NCBI GenBank assembly: GCA_965248835.1
Contig: CBDFLJ010000001.1
Span: 800,001-864,000 of the forward strand
Source: Alphaproteobacteria bacterium
GTDB lineage: Bacteria > Pseudomonadota > Alphaproteobacteria > MPNO01
Reading direction: 5' to 3'
Length of the DNA: 64,000 bases
The position numbers and the translations under genes are program-made. Below are positions 19,030 through 29,044 of the stretch, one piece after another. A model generated the notes under the pieces. It searched no databases. It saw nothing but the letters and a program-made list of their open reading frames with translations, and was not told the origin of the DNA. Position 1 is the stretch's first letter. Every line of letters starts with the position of its first letter.

Positions 19030-21801
19030 CTATGCCCGCGCGGGCTCGACCCGGGCTGCGCAGAATTTGAACTCCGGGATCTTGCCGAACGGGTCCAGCG
19101 CCGGGTTGGTCAAGAGGTTGGCCGCGGCTTCGGCATAGCAGAAGGGGATGAAGATCACCCCGCCCGGCACGTCGGTATCGACCCGGGTCTTGAGCTCGAT
19201 CACACCGCGGCGGGTCTCCACCCTCACCGGATCGCCGGGAACCAGGTCCATCGCTTCGAGGTCGCGCGGCGACAGGTGGGCGATCGCCTCGGGCTCGATG
19301 TTGTCGAGCACCTGGGCGCGCCGGGTCATCGAGCCGGTATGCCAGTGCTCGAGCATGCGCCCGGTGGTGAGGATCATCGGGAACGCTTCGTCGGGCATTT
19401 CGTCGGGCGGCGCGACGGCGGCGGGGACGAACTTGCCGCGCCCGCTGGCGGTCGGGAACCCGTCGCCGAAGATCACTTCGGCGCCCGGCTCATCGACGGC
19501 GTCGACCGGATAGGTGACCGAGTCCTCGCGCTGCAGCCGTTCCCAGGTGATCCCCTTGATCGAGGGCATGATCTCGCGCATCTCGGCGAACACGTCCGCC
19601 GGACCGTCATAGCGCCAATCCAGGCCGAGCCGACGCGCGATCTCCTGGATGATGTCGATGTCCTGGCGGGCCTCGCCCGGCAGCGGCAGAGCCACGCGGG
19701 CAAGCTGGACCTGTCGGTTGGTGTTGGTGAAGGTGCCTTCCTTCTCCGGGAATGCCGAGGCCGGCAGGACGACATCGGCGAAATAGGCGGTCTCGGTCAG
19801 GAACAGGTCCTGGACGACCAGGTGCTCGAGCGCGGCCAGCGCCTCGCGTGCGTGATCGACGTCCGGGTCCGACATCGCCGGGTTCTCGCCCATGATGTAC
19901 ATGCCGCGAATCTGCCCGGCATGGACCGCGCCCATGATCTCGACCACCGTCAGCCCCCGCTCCGGGTCCAGCTCGGTCTGCCAGAACGATTCGAAGGCCT
20001 TGCGGACCTCCTCGCCGGCGACCGACTGGTAGTCGGGATAGAACATCGGTATCAGCCCGACATCGGATGCCCCCTGGACGTTGTTCTGGCCGCGCAGGGG
20101 ATGCAGGCCGGTGCCGGGCCGGCCGACCTGTCCGGTCATCAGCGCGAGCGAGATCAGGCAGCGCGCGTTGTCGGTGCCGTGGATGTGCTGCGAGATGCCC
20201 ATGCCCCAGAAGATCATCGCCGCATCCGCGCCGGCATAGGTCCTGGCCACGGTGCGGATGGTCGGGGCGTCGATGCCGCAGATCGGCGCCATTTCCTCGG
20301 GCGTGAACGGCGCCAGATGCCTCCGCAGCGCCTCGAACCCCTCGGTGTATTTCTCGATATATTGCCGGTCGTAGAGCCGTTCCTGGACGATCACGTTCAT
20401 GATCGCGTTCAGCAGCGCGACATCGGTGCCCGGCTTGAATTGCAGCATGTGGGTGGCATGGCGGCCGAGCGCCTGGCCGCGCGGGTCTATGACGATCAGC
20501 GATTTGCCGGCCTGGGCGGCGTTCTTGAAGAAGGTCGCGGCGACCGGATGGTTCACCGCCGGGTTGGCGCCGATGACGATGATCACATCGGCGTTGGCGC
20601 ATTCCGAGAACGGAGCGGTGACCGCACCGGAGTTTATGGTCTCCATCAGCGCGGCCACCGAGGAGGCGTGGCACAGCCTGGTGCAGTGATCGACGTTGTT
20701 GGTCCCGAAGCCCACCCTTACCAGCTTCTGGAAAAGATAGGCCTCCTCATTCGATCCCTTGGCCGAGCCGAATCCGGCGAGCCCTTTGGGACCGTGGGTG
20801 TCGCGGATGCGGGCAAGGCCGGAGGCCGCAACATCGAGCGCCTCTTCCCAGCTTGCCTCGCGGAAATGGGTCCGCGGGTTCGCCGGATCGAGGCTTGCCA
20901 AGTCATGCTTGCCGACACCGTCCTTGCGGATGAGCGGCTTGGTCAACCGGTCCGGATGACGGATGTAGTCGAAGCCGAACCGGCCCTTGACGCAGAGCCT
21001 GCCGTGGTTCGCCGGGCCGTCGCGGCCCTCGACCTTGAGCAGGGTGTCGTCCTTGACGTGATAGGTGAGCTGGCAGCCCACCCCGCAATAGGGGCACAGG
21101 CTGTCGACCGTCCGGTCGGCCTCGATCACGCCGGGCCGATCGGTGTTCTGCACGCCCACCGGCAACAGCGCACCGGTCGGGCAGGCCTGAACGCACTCGC
21201 CGCAGGCCACGCAGGTGCTCTCGCCCATCGGGTCGTCGAAGTCGAAGACGATCTTGGCATGGGCGCCGCGGTGCGCCATTCCGATAACGTCGTTGACCTG
21301 AACCTCGCGGCAGGCGCGCACGCACAGGGTGCAGTTGATGCAGGCATCGAGGTTGACCGCCATCGCCGGATGGCTTGGGTCCGCGGCGGGGCCGGGCGCT
21401 GCCTCGAACCGGCTGTCGGTGATGCCGATCCTGTCGGCCCAGCGCCACAGCTTCGCGCCGGGGTCGTGGGTGGCCGCGCGCGCCGGCTGATCGGCAAGCA
21501 GCAACTCGAAGACCATGCGCCGGGCCGAGGCCGCGCGCTCGGACGCGGTGTCGACGACCATGCCGGGGCCGGGCGTGCGGATGCACGAGGCAGCCAGCAC
21601 GCGCTCGCCCTCGACCTCGACCATGCACGCGCGGCAGTTGCCGTCCGGCCGGTATCCCGGCGCCGGGGAATAGCACAAATGCGGGATCTCGATCCCCAGC
21701 CGATCGGCGACCTGCCAGATCGTTTCTCCCGGCTGCGCCTGGGCCGTGCGGCCGTTCAGCGTGAATTCGATACCACCGCTCATCTCGCCATCCTTGGGCA
21801 T
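19030..21801 (-). CDS. fdhF: Formate dehydrogenase alpha subunit (Mo/W-bis-PGD) with N-terminal Fe-S domains
   Basis: IPHLC..GNCRAC, CINCTLCVRAC, CVACGECVQACP, CPYCGVGC, LCVKGRFG, CTRLCH (Cys ligand), PLRGQNNVQG, IPEFKFCA. Confidence 0.95.
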   Translation of the reverse strand: MPKDGEMSGGIEFTLNGRTAQAQPGETIWQVADRLGIEIPHLCYSPAPGYRPDGNCRACMVEVEGERVLAASCIRTPGPGMVVDTASERAASARRMVFELLLADQPARAATHDPGAKLWRWADRIGITDSRFEAAPGPAADPSHPAMAVNLDACINCTLCVRACREVQVNDVIGMAHRGAHAKIVFDFDDPMGESTCVACGECVQACPTGALLPVGVQNTDRPGVIEADRTVDSLCPYCGVGCQLTYHVKDDTLLKVEGRDGPANHGRLCVKGRFGFDYIRHPDRLTKPLIRKDGVGKHDLASLDPANPRTHFREASWEEALDVAASGLARIRDTHGPKGLAGFGSAKGSNEEAYLFQKLVRVGFGTNNVDHCTRLCHASSVAALMETINSGAVTAPFSECANADVIIVIGANPAVNHPVAATFFKNAAQAGKSLIVIDPRGQALGRHATHMLQFKPGTDVALLNAIMNVIVQERLYDRQYIEKYTEGFEALRRHLAPFTPEEMAPICGIDAPTIRTVARTYAGADAAMIFWGMGISQHIHGTDNARCLISLALMTGQVGRPGTGLHPLRGQNNVQGASDVGLIPMFYPDYQSVAGEEVRKAFESFWQTELDPERGLTVVEIMGAVHAGQIRGMYIMGENPAMSDPDVDHAREALAALEHLVVQDLFLTETAYFADVVLPASAFPEKEGTFTNTNRQVQLARVALPLPGEARQDIDIIQEIARRLGLDWRYDGPADVFAEMREIMPSIKGITWERLQREDSVTYPVDAVDEPGAEVIFGDGFPTASGRGKFVPAAVAPPDEMPDEAFPMILTTGRMLEHWHTGSMTRRAQVLDNIEPEAIAHLSPRDLEAMDLVPGDPVRVETRRGVIELKTRVDTDVPGGVIFIPFCYAEAAANLLTNPALDPFGKIPEFKFCAARVEPARA

Positions 21802-21804
21802 GAC

Positions 21805-23514
21805 CTACCCGCCGGGCACGTCGTCGGGAAAATAGCGCAGCACCGACATCAGGCTGTTGGGCGCTGCCTGGCCGAGCCCGCAGATCGAGGCATCGACCAT
21901 GGTCCGGGACAGCTCCTCCAGCAGCGTCCGGTCCCAGGCCGGTGCCTGCATCAGCCCGACCGCCTTCTGGCAGCCGGCGCGGCACGGCGTGCATTGGCCG
22001 CAGCTCTCGTCCTCGAAGAAGCGCATCAGGTTCAGCGCCGACGATGCCGCCGAATCCCGGTCCGACAGCACCACCACGGCGGCCGAGCCGATCAGGCAGC
22101 CATGGTCCTCCAGCGTGCCGAAATCGAGGGGGATGTCGGCCATCGTGGCCGGCAGGATGCCGCCCGAAGCGCCGCCGGGAAGATATCCCTTGAAGATGTG
22201 GCCGTCCTGCATCCCGCCGCAATGCTCTTCGATCAGCTCGGCGACGGTGATCCCGGCGTCGGTGATCTTCACGCCCGGCTGCCTGACCCGGCCGGAGACC
22301 GAATACGACCGCAAGCCCTTGCGTCCGTTGCGGCCGCGCCCGGCGTACCATTCCGGCCCGTTGGTCAGGATGTCTCGCACCCAGTAAAGCGTCTCGACGT
22401 TGTTGATCAGCGTAGGCCGGCCGAACAGCCCGACCTGGGCCGGGAAGGGCGGCTTGTGCCGCGGCAGGCCGCGCTTGCCTTCGAGGCTTTCAAGCATTGC
22501 CGATTCCTCGCCGCAGATATAGGCGCCGGCGCCGCGCCGCAGCACGATCGAGCCCGGCGGCACGAGGCCGGCGGTCTCCAGCGCGGCGATCTCCCGAAGC
22601 AGGATCTCGCGGCAAACCGGGTACTCGTCGCGCAGATAGATATGGCTGGTCCGGGCCTCGACCGCCCACTGGCCGATCAGCATGCCTTCGAGGAACCGGT
22701 GCGGGTCGGTTTCGATGAAATGCCGGTCCTTGAAGGTGCCGGGTTCGCCCTCGTCGGCATTGACGGCCAGGTGACGCGGACCGGGCTCGGCACGGACGAA
22801 GCGCCACTTGCGGCCGGCCGGGAACCCGGCGCCGCCGAGGCCGCGCAGCCCCGAATCGTCCAGCGTCTGGATAACGTCCTCGACTGCGAGCGCGCCCGTG
22901 CGGCAGGCCTGGAGGCGTTCGTAACCGCCTTGCTCCCTGTACATCTGCAGACCGGAATAGGCCGGCACCACAGGGTGCAGTGCGCCGGCGTCGGCCGCGG
23001 CCAGGACCGCGTCCGCGTCCGCCGGCGCGATCGGGTTATGGCTGACCGAGACCGCCGGCGCACGGTCGCAGGCGCCCATGCAGGGCGCGCGCAGGACCCG
23101 GACATGGGCGCCGGATCGGCTCTCCAGCGCGGCGATCAGCGTCTCCGCGCCCATCATCTCGCAGGTGATGGAATCGCAGACCCGGATCGTGACCGGTGGC
23201 GGACTTGGCTGATCGTCGGCCAGCACGTCGAAGTGATGGTAGAACGTCGCGACCTCGTAGACCTCGGTCAGCGCCATGCCCATCTCCTGGGCGAGCGCCG
23301 CCAGGAGCCCCGGAGACAGGCAGCCCTCGGCGTCCTGAATCAAGTGCAGATGCTCGATCAGCAGATCGCGGCGGCGCGGGCGGTCGCCCAACAGCGCACG
23401 GACGCTCGCCCGTGCCGCCTGATCGGGATGGCGGCCCTTGGTCTGCGCCCGCGCCCGGCGGCGACCGGCGCCGGGATGGCCGAATGTCTGGACGGTGCGT
23501 TTACCCTCCGCCAT
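21805..23514 (-). CDS. NAD-dependent formate dehydrogenase beta subunit (NuoE-NuoF-like fusion)
   Basis: EVATFYHHF, VCDSITC...CMGACD (NuoE-like 2Fe-2S); LRGLGGAGFP, NADEGEPGTFKD, GAGAYICGEESA, ESCGQCTPCR, SICGLG (NuoF). Confidence 0.93.
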   Translation of the reverse strand: MAEGKRTVQTFGHPGAGRRRARAQTKGRHPDQAARASVRALLGDRPRRRDLLIEHLHLIQDAEGCLSPGLLAALAQEMGMALTEVYEVATFYHHFDVLADDQPSPPPVTIRVCDSITCEMMGAETLIAALESRSGAHVRVLRAPCMGACDRAPAVSVSHNPIAPADADAVLAAADAGALHPVVPAYSGLQMYREQGGYERLQACRTGALAVEDVIQTLDDSGLRGLGGAGFPAGRKWRFVRAEPGPRHLAVNADEGEPGTFKDRHFIETDPHRFLEGMLIGQWAVEARTSHIYLRDEYPVCREILLREIAALETAGLVPPGSIVLRRGAGAYICGEESAMLESLEGKRGLPRHKPPFPAQVGLFGRPTLINNVETLYWVRDILTNGPEWYAGRGRNGRKGLRSYSVSGRVRQPGVKITDAGITVAELIEEHCGGMQDGHIFKGYLPGGASGGILPATMADIPLDFGTLEDHGCLIGSAAVVVLSDRDSAASSALNLMRFFEDESCGQCTPCRAGCQKAVGLMQAPAWDRTLLEELSRTMVDASICGLGQAAPNSLMSVLRYFPDDVPGG

Positions 23515-23627
23515 GGTTCAGAGTTGGCCCTTTGTGCTTCGCTGCGCGGTGTCCGCCAGGGTAGCGGCCCGGGCCGGGGGTGTCCTCATAAACTTGCGTG
23601 AACCGGCGCCGGGCGCGTCGCGCGCTC

Positions 23628-23810
23628 CTAACGCGGCCGGTCCCGCTCGACCGCGCTCAGGGTGATGACCGCGGTGTTGATGAGGTGCTTGCCGGCGTGT
23701 TCGAAATTGACCGTGACCCGGTTGCCATCGACCGATTGCACCTGACCGATCCCCCAATCCTCGCGCTCGGGATGGCGCACCAGCATACCGGGAACCAGTT
23801 CGGAGAACAT
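23628..23810 (-). CDS. DUF3553 family protein
   Basis: PGMLVRHPEREDWGIGQVQSV...VTVNFEHAGK..IN; ATG at 23810 with GAGAGG RBS. Confidence 0.85.
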   Translation of the reverse strand: MFSELVPGMLVRHPEREDWGIGQVQSVDGNRVTVNFEHAGKHLINTAVITLSAVERDRPR

Positions 23811-23893
23811 CCTCTCTCCCATCCTCGCATCGACGAAAGGCCACGAAGCGGACACGAGTATATCAGGCTTGCCGGCCGCTCCGGGCCACGATC

Positions 23894-24976
23894 TCAGGGC
23901 GCCGTCCGCCGTTCCAGCCCGCCGATCGCAATCTCGGTCTGACGAGCAAGCCGCGCGACCAGCTCGGCCGCGGGTTGGCGCCGCGCGAGGCCGACGCCCT
24001 GGCCGGCCCACAGCGACAGGAATTCCGCTCGACCCTGTTGGCCGGCGGCGGTGCGCAGCGGCCGGGTCAGCGCGTTCTGCATCGGGAACGGCAGGATGGC
24101 GCCGGCGGCGTCGGTCTCGGTCATGAAACGGTTGATGATGCCGCGCGCCGGGCGGCCGGAGAACGCGCGGGTCAGGCGGGTCTCATGCGCGCCGGCGGAC
24201 AGGATCGCCGCCTTGTAGGCTTCGGGGATGCCGGCCTCCTCGCAGGTCAGGAAAGCCGTTCCCATCTGGACCGCATCGGCGCCAAGAGCCAGCGCGGCGG
24301 CAATGCCGCGGCCGTCCATGATCCCGCCCGAGGCGATCACCGGCACCGACAGCGCATCGACCGCCTGTGGAACGAGCGCGATCGTCCCCACCAGCCCCTG
24401 ATCGAAATCCGTCGCGAACGTGCCGCGGTGACCGCCGGCCTCGCTGCCCTGCACGACGATGGCATCGGCGCCCGCACCTTCGAGCGCGACCGCCTCCTCG
24501 ATTGTGGTGGCGGTCTGGAGGAGCACCATGCCGCGGTCCTTGATGGCTGCGATTGCCTCGGGCGGCACGGTGCCGAAGGTGAAGCTGAACACCGATGCGC
24601 CGGAGTCGAGCGCGGCGGCAAGCTGGCTGTCGAAGGCGTCGGGGACCGGAACCGGCGGCGCCGGCGGCGGCAGGTCGAGTTCCATGTAGAACGGCGCGAC
24701 GTGCCGCAGCGCCGATCCCGCACCCTCGGGCGCGCTCGGCTGGGGTTGCGGCGCGAACAGGTTTATGCCGAAGGGCCGCCTGGTGCCCGCCCGCACCGCG
24801 CCGGCGGACTCGGCGATCTGCGGCGGGCTTAGATAGGCCGCGCCGATGAAGCCGAGCCCGCCTGCGTTGCAGACCGCCGCCACGAGTTCCGGCGTGTCGC
24901 CGCCGCCCGCCAAAGGCGCCTGGATGATCGGATGATCAAGGCCCAGGCGCCGTGTCAGAACCGTCTCGAAAGCCAT
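23894..24976 (-). CDS. Nitronate monooxygenase family protein
   Basis: PIIQAPLAGG, VQGSEAGGHRG, PVIASGGIMDG, VQMGTAFL, TRAFSGRPARG, LWAGQG. Confidence 0.92.
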   Translation of the reverse strand: MAFETVLTRRLGLDHPIIQAPLAGGGDTPELVAAVCNAGGLGFIGAAYLSPPQIAESAGAVRAGTRRPFGINLFAPQPQPSAPEGAGSALRHVAPFYMELDLPPPAPPVPVPDAFDSQLAAALDSGASVFSFTFGTVPPEAIAAIKDRGMVLLQTATTIEEAVALEGAGADAIVVQGSEAGGHRGTFATDFDQGLVGTIALVPQAVDALSVPVIASGGIMDGRGIAAALALGADAVQMGTAFLTCEEAGIPEAYKAAILSAGAHETRLTRAFSGRPARGIINRFMTETDAAGAILPFPMQNALTRPLRTAAGQQGRAEFLSLWAGQGVGLARRQPAAELVARLARQTEIAIGGLERRTAP

Positions 24977-25090
24977 GCCTTGCTGTCCGCTCCGGGATGC
25001 CGGTGGTGCCGCGCATATCCGCTTCGGGCTGTCCGCTGCGGCCGAGCGTGCCGAATACGGCCTATTTCGCCGACAGCACCGCCATGAATA

Positions 25091-25120
25091 TTGCAGCGCC
25101 GGCAGGGGTGATCCTATACT
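25091..25120 (+). promoter_or_regulatory. Putative sigma70 promoter for dksA
   Basis: TTGCAG-18 bp-TATACT upstream of the GTG start. Confidence 0.45.
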
Positions 25121-25148
25121 CCGCCGCCAATAAACGGGGAAGGCGGTC

Positions 25149-25568
25149 GTGGGTAAAATCAGGTTGCCCAAGAGCTATCAGCCGAGCGAGAGCGAGGCGT
25201 TCATGAACACCAGGCAACGGGAGTATTTCCGGCGCAGGCTCCTGTCCTGGCGCGAGGAATTGCTGCGGGAATCCTCTGCGACGCTTCAGAATCTCCAGGA
25301 AAACCGGTTCCAGCCGGCCGATTTCGCCGATCGCGCGAGCGTGGAGACCGAGCGCTCGGTGGAGTTGCGGACCCGGGACCGTGGCCGCAAGCTGATCGCC
25401 AAGATCGACGAGGCGCTGGTGCGTATCGAGGACGGCTCGTACGGCTATTGCGTCGAAACCGCCGAGCCGATCGGGGTCAAACGGCTGGATGCGCGGCCGA
25501 TCGCGGCGCTGAGCCTTGAGGCCCAGGAACGTCACGAGCGCCGCGAGCGGATCTATCGCGACGACTGA
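25149..25568 (+). CDS. dksA: RNA polymerase-binding protein DksA
   Basis: Y.PSE.E.FMN.RQ.EYFR, DFADRAS, YGYCVETAEPI..RL.ARPIA (alphaproteobacterial single-Cys type). Confidence 0.95.
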   Translation: MGKIRLPKSYQPSESEAFMNTRQREYFRRRLLSWREELLRESSATLQNLQENRFQPADFADRASVETERSVELRTRDRGRKLIAKIDEALVRIEDGSYGYCVETAEPIGVKRLDARPIAALSLEAQERHERRERIYRDD

Positions 25569-26179
25569 GCGGTCGCCTGTCCGGCTTGTCCGAAACCGCG
25601 CTGGCGCGCGAGGTAATGGCGGATCAGTGCGACCGCCTCCTCGGAATCCCACTCCGCGTGCCCCAGGAGCCGGCCGATTTCGCCTCCGTCGCGGGCGTAG
25701 AGCACCGAGGTGGGCAGGGCTCGAATATCTGCACCGGCGGCGAATGCCGCGCGCGGATCGTGGTAAAAGGGCAGGCCCTCGAGGCGATGGGTTGCCAGGA
25801 AGGGTGCGATCTTCGCCCAGCCATCGCGGTCCTGGGATAGCGCCAGAACGGTGAACCCGCCGTCGAGTCCACTGTTCTGGAGCCGGACGAGCGACGGCAG
25901 CTCGCGGATGCACGGCCCGCACCAGGTCGCCCAGAAATTCACCAGAACGACTTTGCCGCGGAAGTCATCTAGCGTATAGGTCGTCCCGTCCCGGCCGACG
26001 AACCGGGTGCCGGGCGCCTTCGCCGGCGCCGGAGCGATCGTGAATTTCCGCATCCAGCCGGAGAGCGGCGGCCCGCCGCGCCCGGCATCGGCCGAAAGGA
26101 GGGACCAGCCGACCAGCGCGATCACCGCCAGGCCCGCCGCCGCGGCGGCGACCGTCAGCAGGCGCGCGCTGCGTCCCAT
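25553..26179 (-). CDS. tlpA: TlpA-family thiol-disulfide oxidoreductase
   Basis: N-terminal TM anchor, [25 protein letters not shown]; divergent from argH as in other alphaproteobacteria. Confidence 0.88.
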   Translation of the reverse strand: MGRSARLLTVAAAAAGLAVIALVGWSLLSADAGRGGPPLSGWMRKFTIAPAPAKAPGTRFVGRDGTTYTLDDFRGKVVLVNFWATWCGPCIRELPSLVRLQNSGLDGGFTVLALSQDRDGWAKIAPFLATHRLEGLPFYHDPRAAFAAGADIRALPTSVLYARDGGEIGRLLGHAEWDSEEAVALIRHYLARQRGFGQAGQATAQSSR

Positions 26180-26194
26180 GGCTCAGAACCTCCC

Positions 26195-27619
26195 ATGACC
26201 GACAGTCCTCCCGATCACGGACAGCAGCGGCCCGGCACCGGCAACCAGGCACCCTGGGGCGGGCGTTTTTCGTCTGCGCAGAGTGACCTGATGGAGCAGA
26301 TAAACGCCTCGATAGACTTTGACAAGCGGCTTTACGCCCAGGACATCGCCGGCTCGAAGGCGCATTGCGAAATGCTGGTGGCGACGGGGATCGTCTCCGC
26401 CGAGGACGGTGAGCGGATCCTCGATGGGCTCGACCGGGTCCTGGCCGAGATCGAGGCGGGAAGCTTCCCGTTCTCGCGCGCGCACGAGGACATCCACCTC
26501 AATATCGAGACACGCCTGGCGAGCCTGATCGGCGAGCCGGCCGGCCGGCTGCACACCGCCAGGTCGCGCAACGACCAGGTGGCGACGGACATCAGGCTCT
26601 GGCTGCGCGGGGTCATCGACGAGACCGAGGAAGCGCTCAAGGCTCTGCAGGCGGTGCTGATCGAACGTGCGGACGAGCACACCGAGACGGTGATGCCGGG
26701 CTTCACCCATCTTCAGGCTGCCCAGCCGATCACCCTTGGCCATCACCTGCTCGCCTATGTCGAGATGTTCGGGCGCGACCGCGGCCGGTTCGCCGACGCC
26801 CGGCGGCGGCTCAACGAGTGTCCGCTGGGGGCGGCGGCGCTTGCCGGCACATCCTATCCCATCGACCGCGAGATGACAGCGCACGCCCTGGGCTTCGATC
26901 GGCCCGCGGCCAATGCGCTCGATGCCGTCTCGGACCGCGACTTCGCGATCGAGTTCCTGTCCGCGGCGGCGATCACCGCCGGCCATCTGTCACGCCTGGG
27001 CGAGGAACTGGTCATCTGGTGCTCGGTCCAGTTCGGCTTCGCCGTGCTCAGCGACGCCTTCACCACCGGCAGCTCGATCATGCCGCAGAAGCGCAATCCG
27101 GACGCGGCCGAACTGGTGCGCGCCAAGTCCGGACGGATTCTCGGCGCGCTGACCTCGCTGCTGGTCGTCATGAAGGGCCTGCCGCTGGCCTACGCCAAGG
27201 ACATGCAAGAGGACAAGGAGCCGTTGTTCGATGCCGCCGATACGCTGGCGGTCGCGGTCGCCGCCATGACCGGGATGATCGGCGATGCGAGGTTCGACAC
27301 CGCGGCGATGCGCGCGGCGACGGAAAAGGGGTTCGTTACCGCAACCGACCTCGCCGACTGGCTCGTGCGCACGCTCGACATCCCGTTTCGGCGGGCGCAC
27401 AGGATCACCGGAGAACTGGTCAAGCAGGCCGAGGCGGCAGGCTGCGGCCTGGCGGGCCTGCCGATCGAGACCTTGCGTAAGGTCGAGCCCCGGTTGAATG
27501 AGGCCGCTTATGCGGTGCTGAACATCGACGAGGCGGTGCACAGCCGCAACAGCCTCGGCGGGACCGCGCCGGAGCGGGTCCGCGAAGCGGTCGCCGCGGC
27601 GCGGGAGCGCTTCCTGTGA
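26195..27619 (+). CDS. argH: Argininosuccinate lyase
   Basis: [42 protein letters not shown]. Confidence 0.97.
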   Translation: MTDSPPDHGQQRPGTGNQAPWGGRFSSAQSDLMEQINASIDFDKRLYAQDIAGSKAHCEMLVATGIVSAEDGERILDGLDRVLAEIEAGSFPFSRAHEDIHLNIETRLASLIGEPAGRLHTARSRNDQVATDIRLWLRGVIDETEEALKALQAVLIERADEHTETVMPGFTHLQAAQPITLGHHLLAYVEMFGRDRGRFADARRRLNECPLGAAALAGTSYPIDREMTAHALGFDRPAANALDAVSDRDFAIEFLSAAAITAGHLSRLGEELVIWCSVQFGFAVLSDAFTTGSSIMPQKRNPDAAELVRAKSGRILGALTSLLVVMKGLPLAYAKDMQEDKEPLFDAADTLAVAVAAMTGMIGDARFDTAAMRAATEKGFVTATDLADWLVRTLDIPFRRAHRITGELVKQAEAAGCGLAGLPIETLRKVEPRLNEAAYAVLNIDEAVHSRNSLGGTAPERVREAVAAARERFL

Positions 27620-27750
27620 GCCGCCGGGCGCTGATCGCCCGGCTTGCCGCCGCCGCCGCGCTCGCCATGCTTGCCGGCTGCGGCAGGAAGGGAGACCCCG
27701 AGCCGCCACCCGAAGAGAGGGTGCGCTTCCCGCGCAAATACCCGAAGTGA
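27616..27750 (+). CDS. Small lipoprotein (LptM/YifL-like), 44 aa, absent from the ORF track
   Basis: GTG at 27616: [31 protein letters not shown]...RKYPK; lipobox LAGC followed by GRKG; overlaps the argH stop and lysA start by 4 nt each. Confidence 0.85.
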   Translation: MSRRALIARLAAAAALAMLAGCGRKGDPEPPPEERVRFPRKYPK

Positions 27751-29009
27751 GCGCATTCGCCTATCGGGCGGGTGTCCTGCACGCCGAGGGCGTGAGCCTG
27801 GCCGAGATCGCCCGCGCCGTGGGAACGCCGGCCTATGTCTATGCCCAGGGCGCGATCGAGGATGCCTATTGCACTCTCGCGGCTTCGGTGGACGCGAAGA
27901 TCTGCTATTCCGTCAAGGCGAACTCGAACCAGGCGGTGATCGCAACCCTTGCCCGGCTCGGGTCGGGAGCCGACGTGGTCTCGGGCGGCGAACTGGCGCG
28001 CGCGGTTGCCGCCGGCGTGAACCCGGCCGATATCGTCTTCTCCGGCGTGGGTAAGACCCGACGGGAGATCGGCCAGGCGTTGGAAGCGGGGATCGGTCAG
28101 ATCAACGCCGAATCCGAGGCCGAGCTTGCCGTGATATCGGAGGTTGCAAGTGCGGCGGGCCAGACCGCCCCGGTGGCGCTCAGGGTGAACCCGGACGTCG
28201 CTGTCGACACCCACGAAAAGATCGCGACCGGCGGCTACGCGCACAAATTCGGCATTCCGGTCGAGGAAACCCCCCGGCTCTATGCGATATCGCATGCGAT
28301 GCCCGGATTGCGGATGGTCGGTCTGGCCGTTCACATCGGCTCCCAGATCATGGAGACCGCACCCTATGAGCAGGCGTTCCGCACGCTGGCAGCACTGGTC
28401 GGGACGCTGCGCGGCGACGGCCTGCCGGTCGAAAGGCTCGATCTTGGCGGCGGGCTGGGCATTCCCTACATCGAAGAGACGCCACCAGGCCCGGATGCCC
28501 TGGCCAGGGTCATCGCCGGGACCGTCGGCGGGCTCGGCTGCTCGCTGGTCATCGAGCCGGGCCGCTATCTGGTGGGCAATGCGGGCGTGCTGGTGACCGG
28601 CGTGATCCATACCAAGCAGACGCCGACGCGCCGGTTCGTCGTGGTCGACGCCGCGATGAACGACTTGCTTCGCCCGACGCTCTACGAAGCCCGGCACCCG
28701 GTGATGCCGGTGGTCGAGCCGGTCGAGGCCGCCGAGGCGTTGCCGGCCGACATCGTCGGTCCGGTATGCGAGACCGGCGACGTCCTGGCGAAGGCCGCGC
28801 CGCTGCCGGCGCTGTCGGAGGGCGATCTGATCGCGATCGGCGCCGCCGGGGCCTATGGCGCGGTGATGGCTTCGTACTACAATAGCCGCGCGCTGGTCGG
28901 CGAGGTCATGGTCTGCGCGGAGCGATTCGCGGTGATCCGGCCGCGTCAGGAGCCGGCGGTCCTGCAAGCCCTGGACAGGATCCCGCCCTGGCTCGCCGGC
29001 AGCGGCTGA
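27747..29009 (+). CDS. lysA: Diaminopimelate decarboxylase
   Basis: YSVKANSN (PLP Lys), GADVVSGGEL, HIGSQI, DLGGGLG, EPGR, VGPVCETGD, GAYGAVMAS.YNSR. Confidence 0.96.
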   Translation: MSAFAYRAGVLHAEGVSLAEIARAVGTPAYVYAQGAIEDAYCTLAASVDAKICYSVKANSNQAVIATLARLGSGADVVSGGELARAVAAGVNPADIVFSGVGKTRREIGQALEAGIGQINAESEAELAVISEVASAAGQTAPVALRVNPDVAVDTHEKIATGGYAHKFGIPVEETPRLYAISHAMPGLRMVGLAVHIGSQIMETAPYEQAFRTLAALVGTLRGDGLPVERLDLGGGLGIPYIEETPPGPDALARVIAGTVGGLGCSLVIEPGRYLVGNAGVLVTGVIHTKQTPTRRFVVVDAAMNDLLRPTLYEARHPVMPVVEPVEAAEALPADIVGPVCETGDVLAKAAPLPALSEGDLIAIGAAGAYGAVMASYYNSRALVGEVMVCAERFAVIRPRQEPAVLQALDRIPPWLAGSG

Positions 29010-29044
29010 GAGCGTCGCGTCGAGGCTCCGCAGAGGGACGCCTA

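Noticed and set aside
20660-20700. Selenocysteine recoding in the FDH alpha subunit
   Set aside because: The active site reads CTRLCH with Cys codons and no in-frame TGA
8559-25000. Intact prophage, ICE or IS element at tRNA-Arg
   Set aside because: No integrase, transposase, phage gene or attR duplication seen
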